IMG/VR virus record: IMGVR_UViG_3300032069_000005
Location: 22,232-86,231 of that record
DNA: 64,000 nt
Reading direction: 5' to 3' (one strand)
Source of the DNA: a virus
This document shows, in pieces, positions 47,737 to 56,941 of the stretch (its first letter is position 1; every line of letters begins with the position of its first letter). The notes below the pieces were generated by a model, which was not told where the DNA came from, did not search any database, and saw only the letters and a list, made by a program, of their open reading frames with translations. The position numbers were made by a program, and so were the translations under genes.

Positions 47737-48181
47737 TTTCGCTATCTCCCTTGAAAAAGTGTTTAGGTTGTCGGGGTCTATAAAGAAGAATCTCCTTCCC
47801 CCGATTTCCTTTCTCGATAAAACCAATTTTTTGTAAACTTCTTAATATTGGATTTCCTACCTTTAATTTAGCATATGTCTCATCAAAGAAATTCCAAGAA
47901 AAAAATCTACATAATGCCCAAGTAACATTCCGGTCATTGGTTAAAATTCGTAAGTAACGGCGAAATCCTTTTTCGATAAATATTAATAGAAGTCCTTTTA
48001 TTTCGCCATCATAAAGAGCGTATATTTTTTGATTTTTAAGTAATCGTCTTATAGTATTTATATTATTTAGAAAAACTCTTTCTTTATTTATCGTTATGTA
48101 AAAATCAAAAAATTTATCATTTGTTTTTAAAACAAAGTAATATACATCATTGACATTTTTAGGTGAAAGTTTTTTTATCAC
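47723..48181 (-). CDS. hypothetical protein, possible GNAT-like fold
   Basis: GTG start with SD; IKGLLLI and NPILRSLQKIGF resemble GNAT strands/motif B. Confidence 0.4.
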   Translation of the reverse strand: MIKKLSPKNVNDVYYFVLKTNDKFFDFYITINKERVFLNNINTIRRLLKNQKIYALYDGEIKGLLLIFIEKGFRRYLRILTNDRNVTWALCRFFSWNFFDETYAKLKVGNPILRSLQKIGFIEKGNRGKEILLYRPRQPKHFFKGDSENDPQ

Positions 48182-48207
48182 TTCTTTTCCTTTTTTGATA
48201 TTGGTTG

Positions 48208-48233
48208 TGGGGAAGGGGTTATTAGCCCCTTCC
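48208..48233 (-). other. intergenic hairpin followed by CCA after the capsid gene
   Basis: GGAAGGGG-CTAATAA-CCCCTTCC-CCA on the - strand. Confidence 0.55.
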
Positions 48234-48246
48234 GTTATATCAAAAA

Positions 48247-49206
48247 TTAACTAAGAATTGCGTCCATATCACAGTAACAAATATCTTTATAACGAGTTAT
48301 AGCCAATGTAATTGCTTCGTAACCAATAACGCCGTATCCTAAAATATTGGTAGTAGAAACTACCTGTAACCCACCGAGATTACTGATTAATCTTTCGGCT
48401 GCATCGGGAGCAATGCCCATTTCTTTTGCAACTCCTGGGTCTATTAAACGTCTCACAAAAAGAATAGGTTTTCCGCCAACGCCTTTTATTTTAGAATTTC
48501 TTGCAACCAATATAGCTGTCTTAGAATCTAAAACTGCAAGAGAAGAACCGCTATCAGTTTTTATCTCGCCGATAACTTTAACTAATTCTACTTTATTCTT
48601 AGCCAATAAATCTTCTGCAATCGTAAGTTTATAATGGAAATTATCTACATTATCCCTATCATATTTATTTATTGCGGTTACAACATCAGCACCAGCTAAT
48701 AAAATAAAATTATCGCCATAATCAGCAACCCGTTCAATCATTTTCTGTATTACTGTCCAAATATCGTCGCCAGTTTCAGTGCAACTAACACTTAAATCAG
48801 GTTCGCCAGTGTCACCATCAAGTGCCAAAATAGCGTCGCAAATCATCTTTACTTCTTTCTTATCCATAGAGCGACCTATTGAAACTTTCTTTCTTGCTAA
48901 AGCGGTATTGTCCGTAGAATCCTGTAACGAATGAAGAGAAACATAAGAAAGTTCTGACTGTAAACCGACAAACGTAAGTTCAGTAGAACCGGAAGGGCTT
49001 TTGCGATTTGCTGTTACTTGTCCGTCTAATCCGGCAGAATAAACTGTATCAGTATTGTCATCATAATCAAATACATAAACTTTTTCCCCAAAAGGAACTC
49101 TATCAATATCCGCTATTTCCAGTAGTTCCACTGGAACTGGAAACGCACTGTCAATAGGCTGACCGATAGTTTTTGCTAACTCTAAGGTAATGTCATTAGG
49201 TTTCAT
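48247..49206 (-). CDS. major capsid protein
   Basis: 319 aa directly after the protease/scaffold gene; AAGGAG SD; followed by a hairpin. Confidence 0.7.
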   Translation of the reverse strand: MKPNDITLELAKTIGQPIDSAFPVPVELLEIADIDRVPFGEKVYVFDYDDNTDTVYSAGLDGQVTANRKSPSGSTELTFVGLQSELSYVSLHSLQDSTDNTALARKKVSIGRSMDKKEVKMICDAILALDGDTGEPDLSVSCTETGDDIWTVIQKMIERVADYGDNFILLAGADVVTAINKYDRDNVDNFHYKLTIAEDLLAKNKVELVKVIGEIKTDSGSSLAVLDSKTAILVARNSKIKGVGGKPILFVRRLIDPGVAKEMGIAPDAAERLISNLGGLQVVSTTNILGYGVIGYEAITLAITRYKDICYCDMDAILS

Positions 49207-49226
49207 TTAAATTTTTCTCCTTGAAT

Positions 49227-51140
49227 TTAATCGTGCCCGTAGGCTATCCTGTTTATCTTTTTTTGTCTTTTCCGTGAAGGGTCGGTATCTGGTTGTGTAG
49301 TATCGCCAATCTCAAGGCTCGCTTTAGTTTCTTCTGGTTTTACTTCGGCTGCCTGTTCTTGAGATTTCTTCTCAAGTTCTTTTCTGAGATTCGCAATTTC
49401 TGTTTCTTTATCAGTTATCTTTTTTTCTAAATCAACTTTTACTTCGTTAGTTTTGGCTTCTAAGTCAGCAACGTGAAGAGTTATTAATTCTTCTTTAGCT
49501 TTCTTTACTGCCTCTTCTAACTCCGCAAAACTGTATTTCTTTACATATTGCATTTCGCCTTCAACTACATCTTCAGTTCCATCGGAATATTCGGTTATTG
49601 TTTTATAAGAACTTTTTCCTTCCGATGTTCCTGACAAAGTTCCATCTTTATAAGTATCAACATAAATATCACTACTTATACGAGTAACCTTAACTATAAT
49701 CTTCGGTGTTATTGTTTCTACCGGAGTTTGAGCTTTTACTTCCTTCGTTTCTTCGCCTTTAATCTCCGCAGGATTCGTTTCATCGCCCTTAACGGGCTTG
49801 GTTTCCTCTGGGATAATTTCTGGCTTGGTTTCCTCGGAAGATTTCTCTAAAGCATCCTTATGTCTTTCCAAATGTGCACCTGCTTTTTTCTGCAAATCTT
49901 CAGCAGAAATAGAATCAGATATTGGTTTCACCTGACTAACTCTCGCCAAAGCATTTTTATAATGAGGCAAATCTAAATTTGCATTAGATTTTTCTTTCCC
50001 TAAATCTCCTTCGCCATTATGGTGAGGAAGATGCCTTGCATTTTTATCCTGAGTTTTTTCTGGATATGCTGGTTCGATTGCAGCAAACGCTGAATCTGGT
50101 AATCCATTAATGAACTTTCTCGTCCATTTGGTAGCATCTTCGGTTAATTTGGCTCTTTCCTCATCAGTGGCATAATAAAATGCCATAGCAATATCAAAAG
50201 TTATTTCTTCTTCTTTTGTAACATTAGCATATAATTTTTCTAATTCCACTTTTCTTTCCTCCTTTTTGTTATTTTCTTTTGGTAGAATTATTTCTCCCTT
50301 ATCCTGACAAGGGCGATGATACCATTTTTGGTTTTCATCACAGAATAATTCTTTTTCCCCTATTTCTTTTTCACAGTGGGGGCAAATCCATTGTTCAGAA
50401 TCTATCTTTTTTATTACTATTTTTACTTCTTTTCCATGATTACAATTTCCACAATTTACGCAGATTGGTTCTTCTGTAACCAAAGTTGCAAAAACTAAGT
50501 CTTGATTAAAGACTTCATTTGCTATTTTTTCTGCTTCATCTATTATTTTTTTATTGGCTGTAGCCAGTAATTTCTCTGCATACGCTTCTTTACATGCTGG
50601 AGTTTCGCCTTCAATAAGAATACCCACTCCATGATAAATTATCGGGTCGATTGATTTAATACCATTTCCTAAATCATGTAAAACAGAATTACCATTTTCA
50701 TCTTTATTCCATATCTCAAAGGAGACTGCCATTTTATTTTCCTTTACCATTTCTTTCATTTTTTCAAATTCTTCTGGAAATAAAGATTTATATATTGCTA
50801 TATAAGTAACAATTAAATCTTTTTCTAACTTTGCATCTAAAATCCACCCACATATATAATTCTTTCCTAAATGCGACCAGTTGGCTTGCTTCCCCACAAG
50901 TGTAGGAAGTGCTTTTTTAGCTGCTTCTTTAGGCAATACAATATTATTTCTATTTGGAACATCTGTTCTTGCGTAAATTGTTTTTAGTATAGCTATATCT
51001 GGGTTGGGAACAACCAAATTCATTTTTTCTGCTATTTTTATAAGTTCAGAATCTTTTGATATTTCAATAAATTCACTTTTTGATTCTTTTGCTAAATCAT
51101 AAAGATATTGAGCCAATATTTTCTTATTACAATTTTTCAT
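49227..51140 (-). CDS. prohead protease/scaffold fusion
   Basis: PNRNNI, ANWSH, MAVSFEI, GVGIL...PA protease-like region; charged coiled-coil C-terminus; between portal and capsid. Confidence 0.7.
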   Translation of the reverse strand: MKNCNKKILAQYLYDLAKESKSEFIEISKDSELIKIAEKMNLVVPNPDIAILKTIYARTDVPNRNNIVLPKEAAKKALPTLVGKQANWSHLGKNYICGWILDAKLEKDLIVTYIAIYKSLFPEEFEKMKEMVKENKMAVSFEIWNKDENGNSVLHDLGNGIKSIDPIIYHGVGILIEGETPACKEAYAEKLLATANKKIIDEAEKIANEVFNQDLVFATLVTEEPICVNCGNCNHGKEVKIVIKKIDSEQWICPHCEKEIGEKELFCDENQKWYHRPCQDKGEIILPKENNKKEERKVELEKLYANVTKEEEITFDIAMAFYYATDEERAKLTEDATKWTRKFINGLPDSAFAAIEPAYPEKTQDKNARHLPHHNGEGDLGKEKSNANLDLPHYKNALARVSQVKPISDSISAEDLQKKAGAHLERHKDALEKSSEETKPEIIPEETKPVKGDETNPAEIKGEETKEVKAQTPVETITPKIIVKVTRISSDIYVDTYKDGTLSGTSEGKSSYKTITEYSDGTEDVVEGEMQYVKKYSFAELEEAVKKAKEELITLHVADLEAKTNEVKVDLEKKITDKETEIANLRKELEKKSQEQAAEVKPEETKASLEIGDTTQPDTDPSRKRQKKINRIAYGHD

Positions 51141-51759
51141 TTTTATAAACCTCCAATTTTTGTATATAATATTTTTGCCAATAATCTCTATTATAATTGG
51201 CTCGAACATTGCAAAAATTACATAAAGTAATCAAATTTTCTTTTTCACAGTTCTTTTTATCGTAATCGATATGATGAATATCTAAAACTCTACCTCTAAC
51301 TATCAAATGCTCTTCTTCGGTCATACTACAATTCTGGCACTCATGATTGTCTCTATCACGAATTAATTCTTTAAGTTCGGAATTAAATTCTTTTGTATAA
51401 GGTTCAAAAGAACGACCATCTATCCATGTAGGAGCTTTTTCTCCAAATCGATGAATTCCAAACATCGGATTGCCTTCACCTTTTAATGTTTTATAATAAC
51501 AAGATTTACATCTTTTATCTTTTCTATAATGTGCACTTTCATTTAATTCTTTATTACAGTCTATACAATAACATTTTCTCGAATCTTTGCCACCCTTCCA
51601 TTGATAATGATTTTTGCCTTTTTTATCAAACAATGGATTTGTTTCTGGTCTTGTAGCATATTGATATTTTCTTGCACAAGACTTGCATCGTATAGAACCT
51701 TGATATTTTGATAGTGGATGTAAATTTTTGTTACAATCTATACATTTGTTATATTTCAT
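51127..51759 (-). CDS. HNH endonuclease with Zn-ribbon repeats
   Basis: IRDRDNHECQNC...IHHIDYDKKN...NLITLCNFCN. Confidence 0.9.
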   Translation of the reverse strand: MKYNKCIDCNKNLHPLSKYQGSIRCKSCARKYQYATRPETNPLFDKKGKNHYQWKGGKDSRKCYCIDCNKELNESAHYRKDKRCKSCYYKTLKGEGNPMFGIHRFGEKAPTWIDGRSFEPYTKEFNSELKELIRDRDNHECQNCSMTEEEHLIVRGRVLDIHHIDYDKKNCEKENLITLCNFCNVRANYNRDYWQKYYIQKLEVYKNEKL

Positions 51760-53427
51760 TTATTCTTTCTTTTTCCAAGTTTTTGTTTCTTTATCATAAG
51801 TATAACCTTGCTTATTCATACATCTTTTAGCAGCATTGATGGCTATCGCCATCGCTTTTCCATCATCTCCCGTATCTTCATAAACAGAATTAAAAGTTGC
51901 CATAAAGACCTCTTGACAGTGCTTTGTCATCTTTTTTATATACTTTGGTAGTTCATCTAAATTTTTATATGGTGCTATCTCAAGGTCATCGATTATTTCA
52001 GCTTTCTTAAAATTCTTTGATTCAGGCGAATTTGGATTTTTATTTTCATCTTCTAAATTTTCCTGTTTATTCGTTTTTGGCTGCTTTTTTACTATGTCAA
52101 TGGCTTTTTCTTCTTGATTAACAATTATCCTGGGATAAAAAATTTCTTGTTCATCGTCTACAACTTCTTTCATTCTTCTTTCTTTTTCGGTTGAATAATC
52201 AAATCCCAAAGAACTAATATAAGATTCATAACTCAAATTTCCTCTATCATAAGCAGACCTAATATCAGATAATATCTGTTCAGTATTAATTTTTATTGAA
52301 CTGCTAACTATTTTTAGTGATATATTTTCACTAAAAAATTTCGTATGATATTCTTTATTTTCTTTGATGATAAGGTAAATTACTTCTTTTAAAATACTTT
52401 TAAATCCTTCAACATCAGAATTTATTTCAGCAATAAATGGTTTAGGATTTAGTCTTGTTTCCTGGCGGGATTGAGCAATCTCCAATAAATCAACAAAACC
52501 TAAGCCAGCCAACAATGCTCTATAACCCTGCCTAAATAATTCTTCTCTTAATAAAGGCAAAAGGTCAGGAATAATGTGTTTAAACTCTTCATCAAATGGT
52601 GTAGTAGATAATGGAACTTCCGCCTTTTCATTTTTATATTTTTTAAATGCTGTTTTTATAGCAGCAGAAATTTTAAGCATATCACTATCAGTATATTTTA
52701 ATCCTTTAAAAAATGCACCTTCGGTTCCTTTTATTAGTTGTAGTATATATGGTAACGCTTTTTGAACTGCTTCGTCTCCCTTTGATTGCAATACTTCGAT
52801 TGCTAAATAATTTTTAAGAATCCCTTTTCTTATACAATAAGGAGAGGGATATTTGGTTATCCATCTTGTTCCTGCTTTTTGAACTATTATGTCTTCGTTG
52901 CCCTTTTTTATTATATTTTTAAACTCACTATCATTATAATATTCTTCAGTTCCAAGTTTATAATTTTTTTCATTTGGGCGTTTTATATAAACAGAAGCTC
53001 CATTATGAAACCATAAGGTCGTAGGAACATTTATTTCATTATTTCCTATTTTGGTAGGTTTCCAATCACCAATTTTTAGTAGACATAATGAAGAACCTTT
53101 TTTTACTTCCTGATAATATTCTTTCGCTAACTCTTGCAATCCAGTGGGGACTCCATCAATATTTATATTTATTTTTTCTAACCAAAGATTTAGTAAATCC
53201 TCTAAAGTTTGATTAGAACATTCTATTTTAAATTTGGCTTCAGAAGAGGAATTAATGGAATACTCTAATAATGTATTCACTATTCCCGTAACATCATCAT
53301 CGAGCATTTGCGATATTGCTGCACATCTTCCGTGAAAATCTTCAGGAATAGATATTCCTCCAGAAGAAAACATTGCGGAAATAAATTTCTGCCACAAAGC
53401 ATCTGTTATATTAAAATCATTTGCCAT
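51760..53427 (-). CDS. portal protein with a C-terminal ChaB-like domain
   Basis: Position after the terminase; C-terminus PYKNLDELP...QEVFMATFNSVY...AMAIAINAAKR...Y...W. Confidence 0.7.
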   Translation of the reverse strand: MANDFNITDALWQKFISAMFSSGGISIPEDFHGRCAAISQMLDDDVTGIVNTLLEYSINSSSEAKFKIECSNQTLEDLLNLWLEKININIDGVPTGLQELAKEYYQEVKKGSSLCLLKIGDWKPTKIGNNEINVPTTLWFHNGASVYIKRPNEKNYKLGTEEYYNDSEFKNIIKKGNEDIIVQKAGTRWITKYPSPYCIRKGILKNYLAIEVLQSKGDEAVQKALPYILQLIKGTEGAFFKGLKYTDSDMLKISAAIKTAFKKYKNEKAEVPLSTTPFDEEFKHIIPDLLPLLREELFRQGYRALLAGLGFVDLLEIAQSRQETRLNPKPFIAEINSDVEGFKSILKEVIYLIIKENKEYHTKFFSENISLKIVSSSIKINTEQILSDIRSAYDRGNLSYESYISSLGFDYSTEKERRMKEVVDDEQEIFYPRIIVNQEEKAIDIVKKQPKTNKQENLEDENKNPNSPESKNFKKAEIIDDLEIAPYKNLDELPKYIKKMTKHCQEVFMATFNSVYEDTGDDGKAMAIAINAAKRCMNKQGYTYDKETKTWKKKE

Positions 53428-53440
53428 TTATAACTCCTTT

Positions 53441-56179
53441 TTAATAAACTCCCATTCCTGGTTTTTCATTTTCTTCTACAGGATTTATATTTTTAAATTC
53501 AAAATTCCATTGACAAATACTGAAAACCTGAAATGCCTGATGCAAATGGTCAGCTCCCTTATTTCCATAAACAATTCTTTTATCACTTCTTAAAACTACT
53601 TCATTATCAAACTGAACATCTAATTTACTATCAAAATGAGCGAGAATTTTTTGATTATAGAATAAGTGTTTTATTCTCTGAATACTCCAATCTACGATAT
53701 ATTCTTCCTTATAGGTTGGTGTTCCTGATTTATCTCTTAAAATTTCATTTGTTTTTTCGTCTCTTTCAAAATCTATAGAAATTTTCTCATTAAAACTAAC
53801 TCCAAAAATATGTTCGCCATTTGCTGTATTATATTTTTTTGCCAAATAACTGAACATTGCTTTTCCACCGCCGGAAGTAACATCAATTCCTACAATATTG
53901 GCTCGCAATATTCCAATAATAAAATCAACAATTTCATTATCTTCATCTGGAGAAAGTTTATAAGTCGTAATATTAAGTTCGTATTTATAAAGTTCTTTTG
54001 TTTCAAATAGCACTATTATTTCTGTGGGTGCTGAACCTTCTCCTTTATCTACCGCAATCCAAATTCGTTCTGCATTATTGGGTCTAATTAAAATTAAATT
54101 TTCTTTATAACGATGAAAATTATTTTTATTTATTTCAAACGCTTTTATAGGTATTGGTTCGCCATCTTTATCTCGTTTATAACATAAACGAACTCTCTCA
54201 ATATCATAGACACTTTCACCATCGTCTACTATTTGTCCCAAAATCTGCGTCCTGTAGCCAGGAGAGTTTCCAGACCACATACATTTTTTATTTCTTCTAA
54301 TATATATGGTATGATTTGGCTCGGTTTCAATGCACCAAATGTTTCCTTCATAATATATTTCTTTTATTCGATTTACATAAATATACGGTTCTCTTATACT
54401 CTTCCTTTCACTAATTAAATATTGGTCTCTATCTTTGCGATAGCTAATAGTAGCATAATTTCCTGATTTAATAATTAATTCTTGTAAATCATTCGACAAT
54501 TGTTTAGATGAAGTATAATAGTTTTTCCTTTTTCCATCTCCATCGCCTTTATTAAAAGCATCTAAAAATAAATTAATCTGTCTTTTACTTAAATTCCTTA
54601 TAAAATTAGGAACTTTTTTGTTTCTGGCATATTTCAAACAATTTTTCAATAAATATTTTCCTAAAACTTTATTTGTAATACTAAAACCACCATAAGAAAA
54701 CTTATCTCTTAGATTTAAATTATATAATATGTTCTGTATTTCTTGAATGTATTCTTGGGATTTTGATTGAGAAATTTGAATCCTATAATGAATCCATTCA
54801 AATATTCCTCTTTTTTCTTTATACTCATAGACACACCCCTCACTAACAAACCATCCAAGAAACTGCAAAAAGAAATCCATATTATATTTTATTTTGCCGA
54901 TTTTTATAGATTTTTTTTCATTTCCAATCCAATTCATATTCTGATTTAGTTGAAGTTTATTTACAGGATAAAATTCATATTGGGAAGTATATTTATTTTT
55001 GCATCCATAAGAGCAAAAATACTTTTGTTTTTTCTTATATGACTTATCTAATTTTAATCCACATTCTAAACAAAAATCAGTATCATATAATTGATAATTT
55101 TTCTTAATCGCTTTATGAGAAAGAATGGTTTCTAAATCTATTAATCTAAAATCTTTTTTTGGTGTTTTAAATGGAATTTTGTGATTAGAAGTAACCAAAA
55201 AATCTATTACCAAATTATTATATTCGTATAATTTCCCTTCGTAATCATATTTAAAAATGCTTTTAATTCTTTGATATTTTGTAATATTTTTTCCTATATT
55301 CCAACTAACTACTAAATCTTTATTGTTAATATTAAAAATGTTTTTCCATCCATTGTTAGTTAAAATTTCAGTATTAGAATCAAAACATTGTTTTCCGCCG
55401 AACTCTTTTTGGGCTGCTTCATCTTTTTCAGAATCCCAAGAAGGATTGGCGTAACTCGGAAGATTTACAATAATATTCTCGTTTTTTATATCAAGAAATT
55501 TTCTTCCAATCGGAGATTGCTTTTTGAAATTGGTCATTCCAGATAATCTTTCCACCATTCCCATTTCTGATTGTGCCATTAATTTTTTATTAGAAATTGC
55601 ATCTGTAAGAAAACTTCCTTCTTCTTCCCAATTCTTATCGGCATGTTTTTGATACCAATTTTTTCCTGGAGCTTTTCCTGCAAAAGTATTATTTACAGAT
55701 TCTATTCTGACCCCATTTTTAAAATTTAATAAATATGGATTCGCTCTTGATTTTATTCCTAAAGATTTAAGAATTGGATGATTTTCAAAAGCAGGAATTA
55801 TTATTTGCATTATTCCACTTATTTTAGCAGCATCACAACTGGAAAGAATTCCCCATTTACATATTTTATGCCACACCGAAAGAAGTATATCGACATTAAT
55901 TCCTATCCAGCTTTTTCCAGTAAGTCTTCCACCAAAATTAAGACAATCACCTAATCCTTTCTTTATTCTAAAATTTTCTTTTTTTGTTAGTTCTGGATTT
56001 TCAAAGAACTGACTTTCAAAACTTAACATTGGATATTGGTATTTTCTTACTTCTGCAAATTTATTTTCTTCAAAAGAACTTAAATCATCTAAATTACTAA
56101 ACATCACCTCAGTGCAACTAATTGGATTTGCTAAAATTTCAAATACTGCCAGCTCTTCTGGTGATATTTTACTCAGCAT
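53441..56179 (-). CDS. terL: terminase large subunit with intein
   Basis: Walker A GGRLTGKS; PSYANP; nuclease IAVDKG, GIDVT, DHLHQAF. Confidence 0.85.
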   Translation of the reverse strand: MLSKISPEELAVFEILANPISCTEVMFSNLDDLSSFEENKFAEVRKYQYPMLSFESQFFENPELTKKENFRIKKGLGDCLNFGGRLTGKSWIGINVDILLSVWHKICKWGILSSCDAAKISGIMQIIIPAFENHPILKSLGIKSRANPYLLNFKNGVRIESVNNTFAGKAPGKNWYQKHADKNWEEEGSFLTDAISNKKLMAQSEMGMVERLSGMTNFKKQSPIGRKFLDIKNENIIVNLPSYANPSWDSEKDEAAQKEFGGKQCFDSNTEILTNNGWKNIFNINNKDLVVSWNIGKNITKYQRIKSIFKYDYEGKLYEYNNLVIDFLVTSNHKIPFKTPKKDFRLIDLETILSHKAIKKNYQLYDTDFCLECGLKLDKSYKKKQKYFCSYGCKNKYTSQYEFYPVNKLQLNQNMNWIGNEKKSIKIGKIKYNMDFFLQFLGWFVSEGCVYEYKEKRGIFEWIHYRIQISQSKSQEYIQEIQNILYNLNLRDKFSYGGFSITNKVLGKYLLKNCLKYARNKKVPNFIRNLSKRQINLFLDAFNKGDGDGKRKNYYTSSKQLSNDLQELIIKSGNYATISYRKDRDQYLISERKSIREPYIYVNRIKEIYYEGNIWCIETEPNHTIYIRRNKKCMWSGNSPGYRTQILGQIVDDGESVYDIERVRLCYKRDKDGEPIPIKAFEINKNNFHRYKENLILIRPNNAERIWIAVDKGEGSAPTEIIVLFETKELYKYELNITTYKLSPDEDNEIVDFIIGILRANIVGIDVTSGGGKAMFSYLAKKYNTANGEHIFGVSFNEKISIDFERDEKTNEILRDKSGTPTYKEEYIVDWSIQRIKHLFYNQKILAHFDSKLDVQFDNEVVLRSDKRIVYGNKGADHLHQAFQVFSICQWNFEFKNINPVEENEKPGMGVY
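54266..55387 (-). mobile_element. intein with LAGLIDADG endonuclease and Zn-finger insert (374 aa)
   Basis: Starts CFDSNTEILT; VTSNHK; CLECG...FCSYGC; FLGWFVSEG and FLDAFNKGDG; ends WSGN|S. Confidence 0.9.
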
Positions 56180-56891
56180 TTATAATCTCCTGAACTTTAT
56201 CATTTTTATATATATCTTCGTATATTAAATCGATAAATTCTGGAGCGACCCCAAAAGCTGTAGCCATTTCTTCTCTGGTAACTTTTTGTTCTTCATACCA
56301 TCTATACATTTCTTTATTATAAAGTATTGTCTTTTTAAAAAAAGTAACTTTTTCTGTGGTGTGCCCTCGCATATCCTTCATAATTAAATATAGTCGTTTA
56401 CAATAGGGGCATTTTGCGACATTACATCCGGCATTTTCTTTGTAATAAGTTAATGCTTTTTTATAAAGAAGATTCCATTCTTCTAATGTATTCGATTGTT
56501 CTCTTTTTGATAAACCTAAAGAATCCTTTAATTCCAAAATTTGTTTTTCAGTCTCTCTGAGTTGTTCTACATCATCTTTTGGGATTGCTGGATTAGTTTT
56601 TTCATATTCCTTTCTTAGAATAGTTTTATATCGTTCCGCCAGAATTTCCAAATCAATTAACTGGCGAAGTGTATCTTTTTCGGCTGCACTCTCAAGAGAA
56701 GATTCCTCAAGATACCTATCTAATAAACTTTGTGCAAATTTTCTTTCTTCTGAATTTATAGCAAAATTCAAAGAGCCAAGTAATTCGTCTTTCTGAAGAT
56801 ATTCATCTACTTTTTTGTAGAGTTCTTCTTCAGTCAGCGATTTATATTGTGGTAAATTTCTATATTTATTAAAAAGTTTTTCTCGCTCCAT
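56169..56891 (-). CDS. possible terminase small subunit
   Basis: Helical 240-aa protein immediately upstream of terL; CPYC. Confidence 0.4.
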   Translation of the reverse strand: MEREKLFNKYRNLPQYKSLTEEELYKKVDEYLQKDELLGSLNFAINSEERKFAQSLLDRYLEESSLESAAEKDTLRQLIDLEILAERYKTILRKEYEKTNPAIPKDDVEQLRETEKQILELKDSLGLSKREQSNTLEEWNLLYKKALTYYKENAGCNVAKCPYCKRLYLIMKDMRGHTTEKVTFFKKTILYNKEMYRWYEEQKVTREEMATAFGVAPEFIDLIYEDIYKNDKVQEIINAE

Positions 56892-56910
56892 CCTACCCTA
56901 CTTTTTTATT

Positions 56911-56935
56911 TGGGAGGGGAAGAATTCTTCCCCTC
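56911..56935 (-). other. intergenic hairpin followed by CCA
   Basis: GAGGGGAAG-AATT-CTTCCCCTC-CCA on the - strand. Confidence 0.6.
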
Positions 56936-56941
56936 AAAAAA

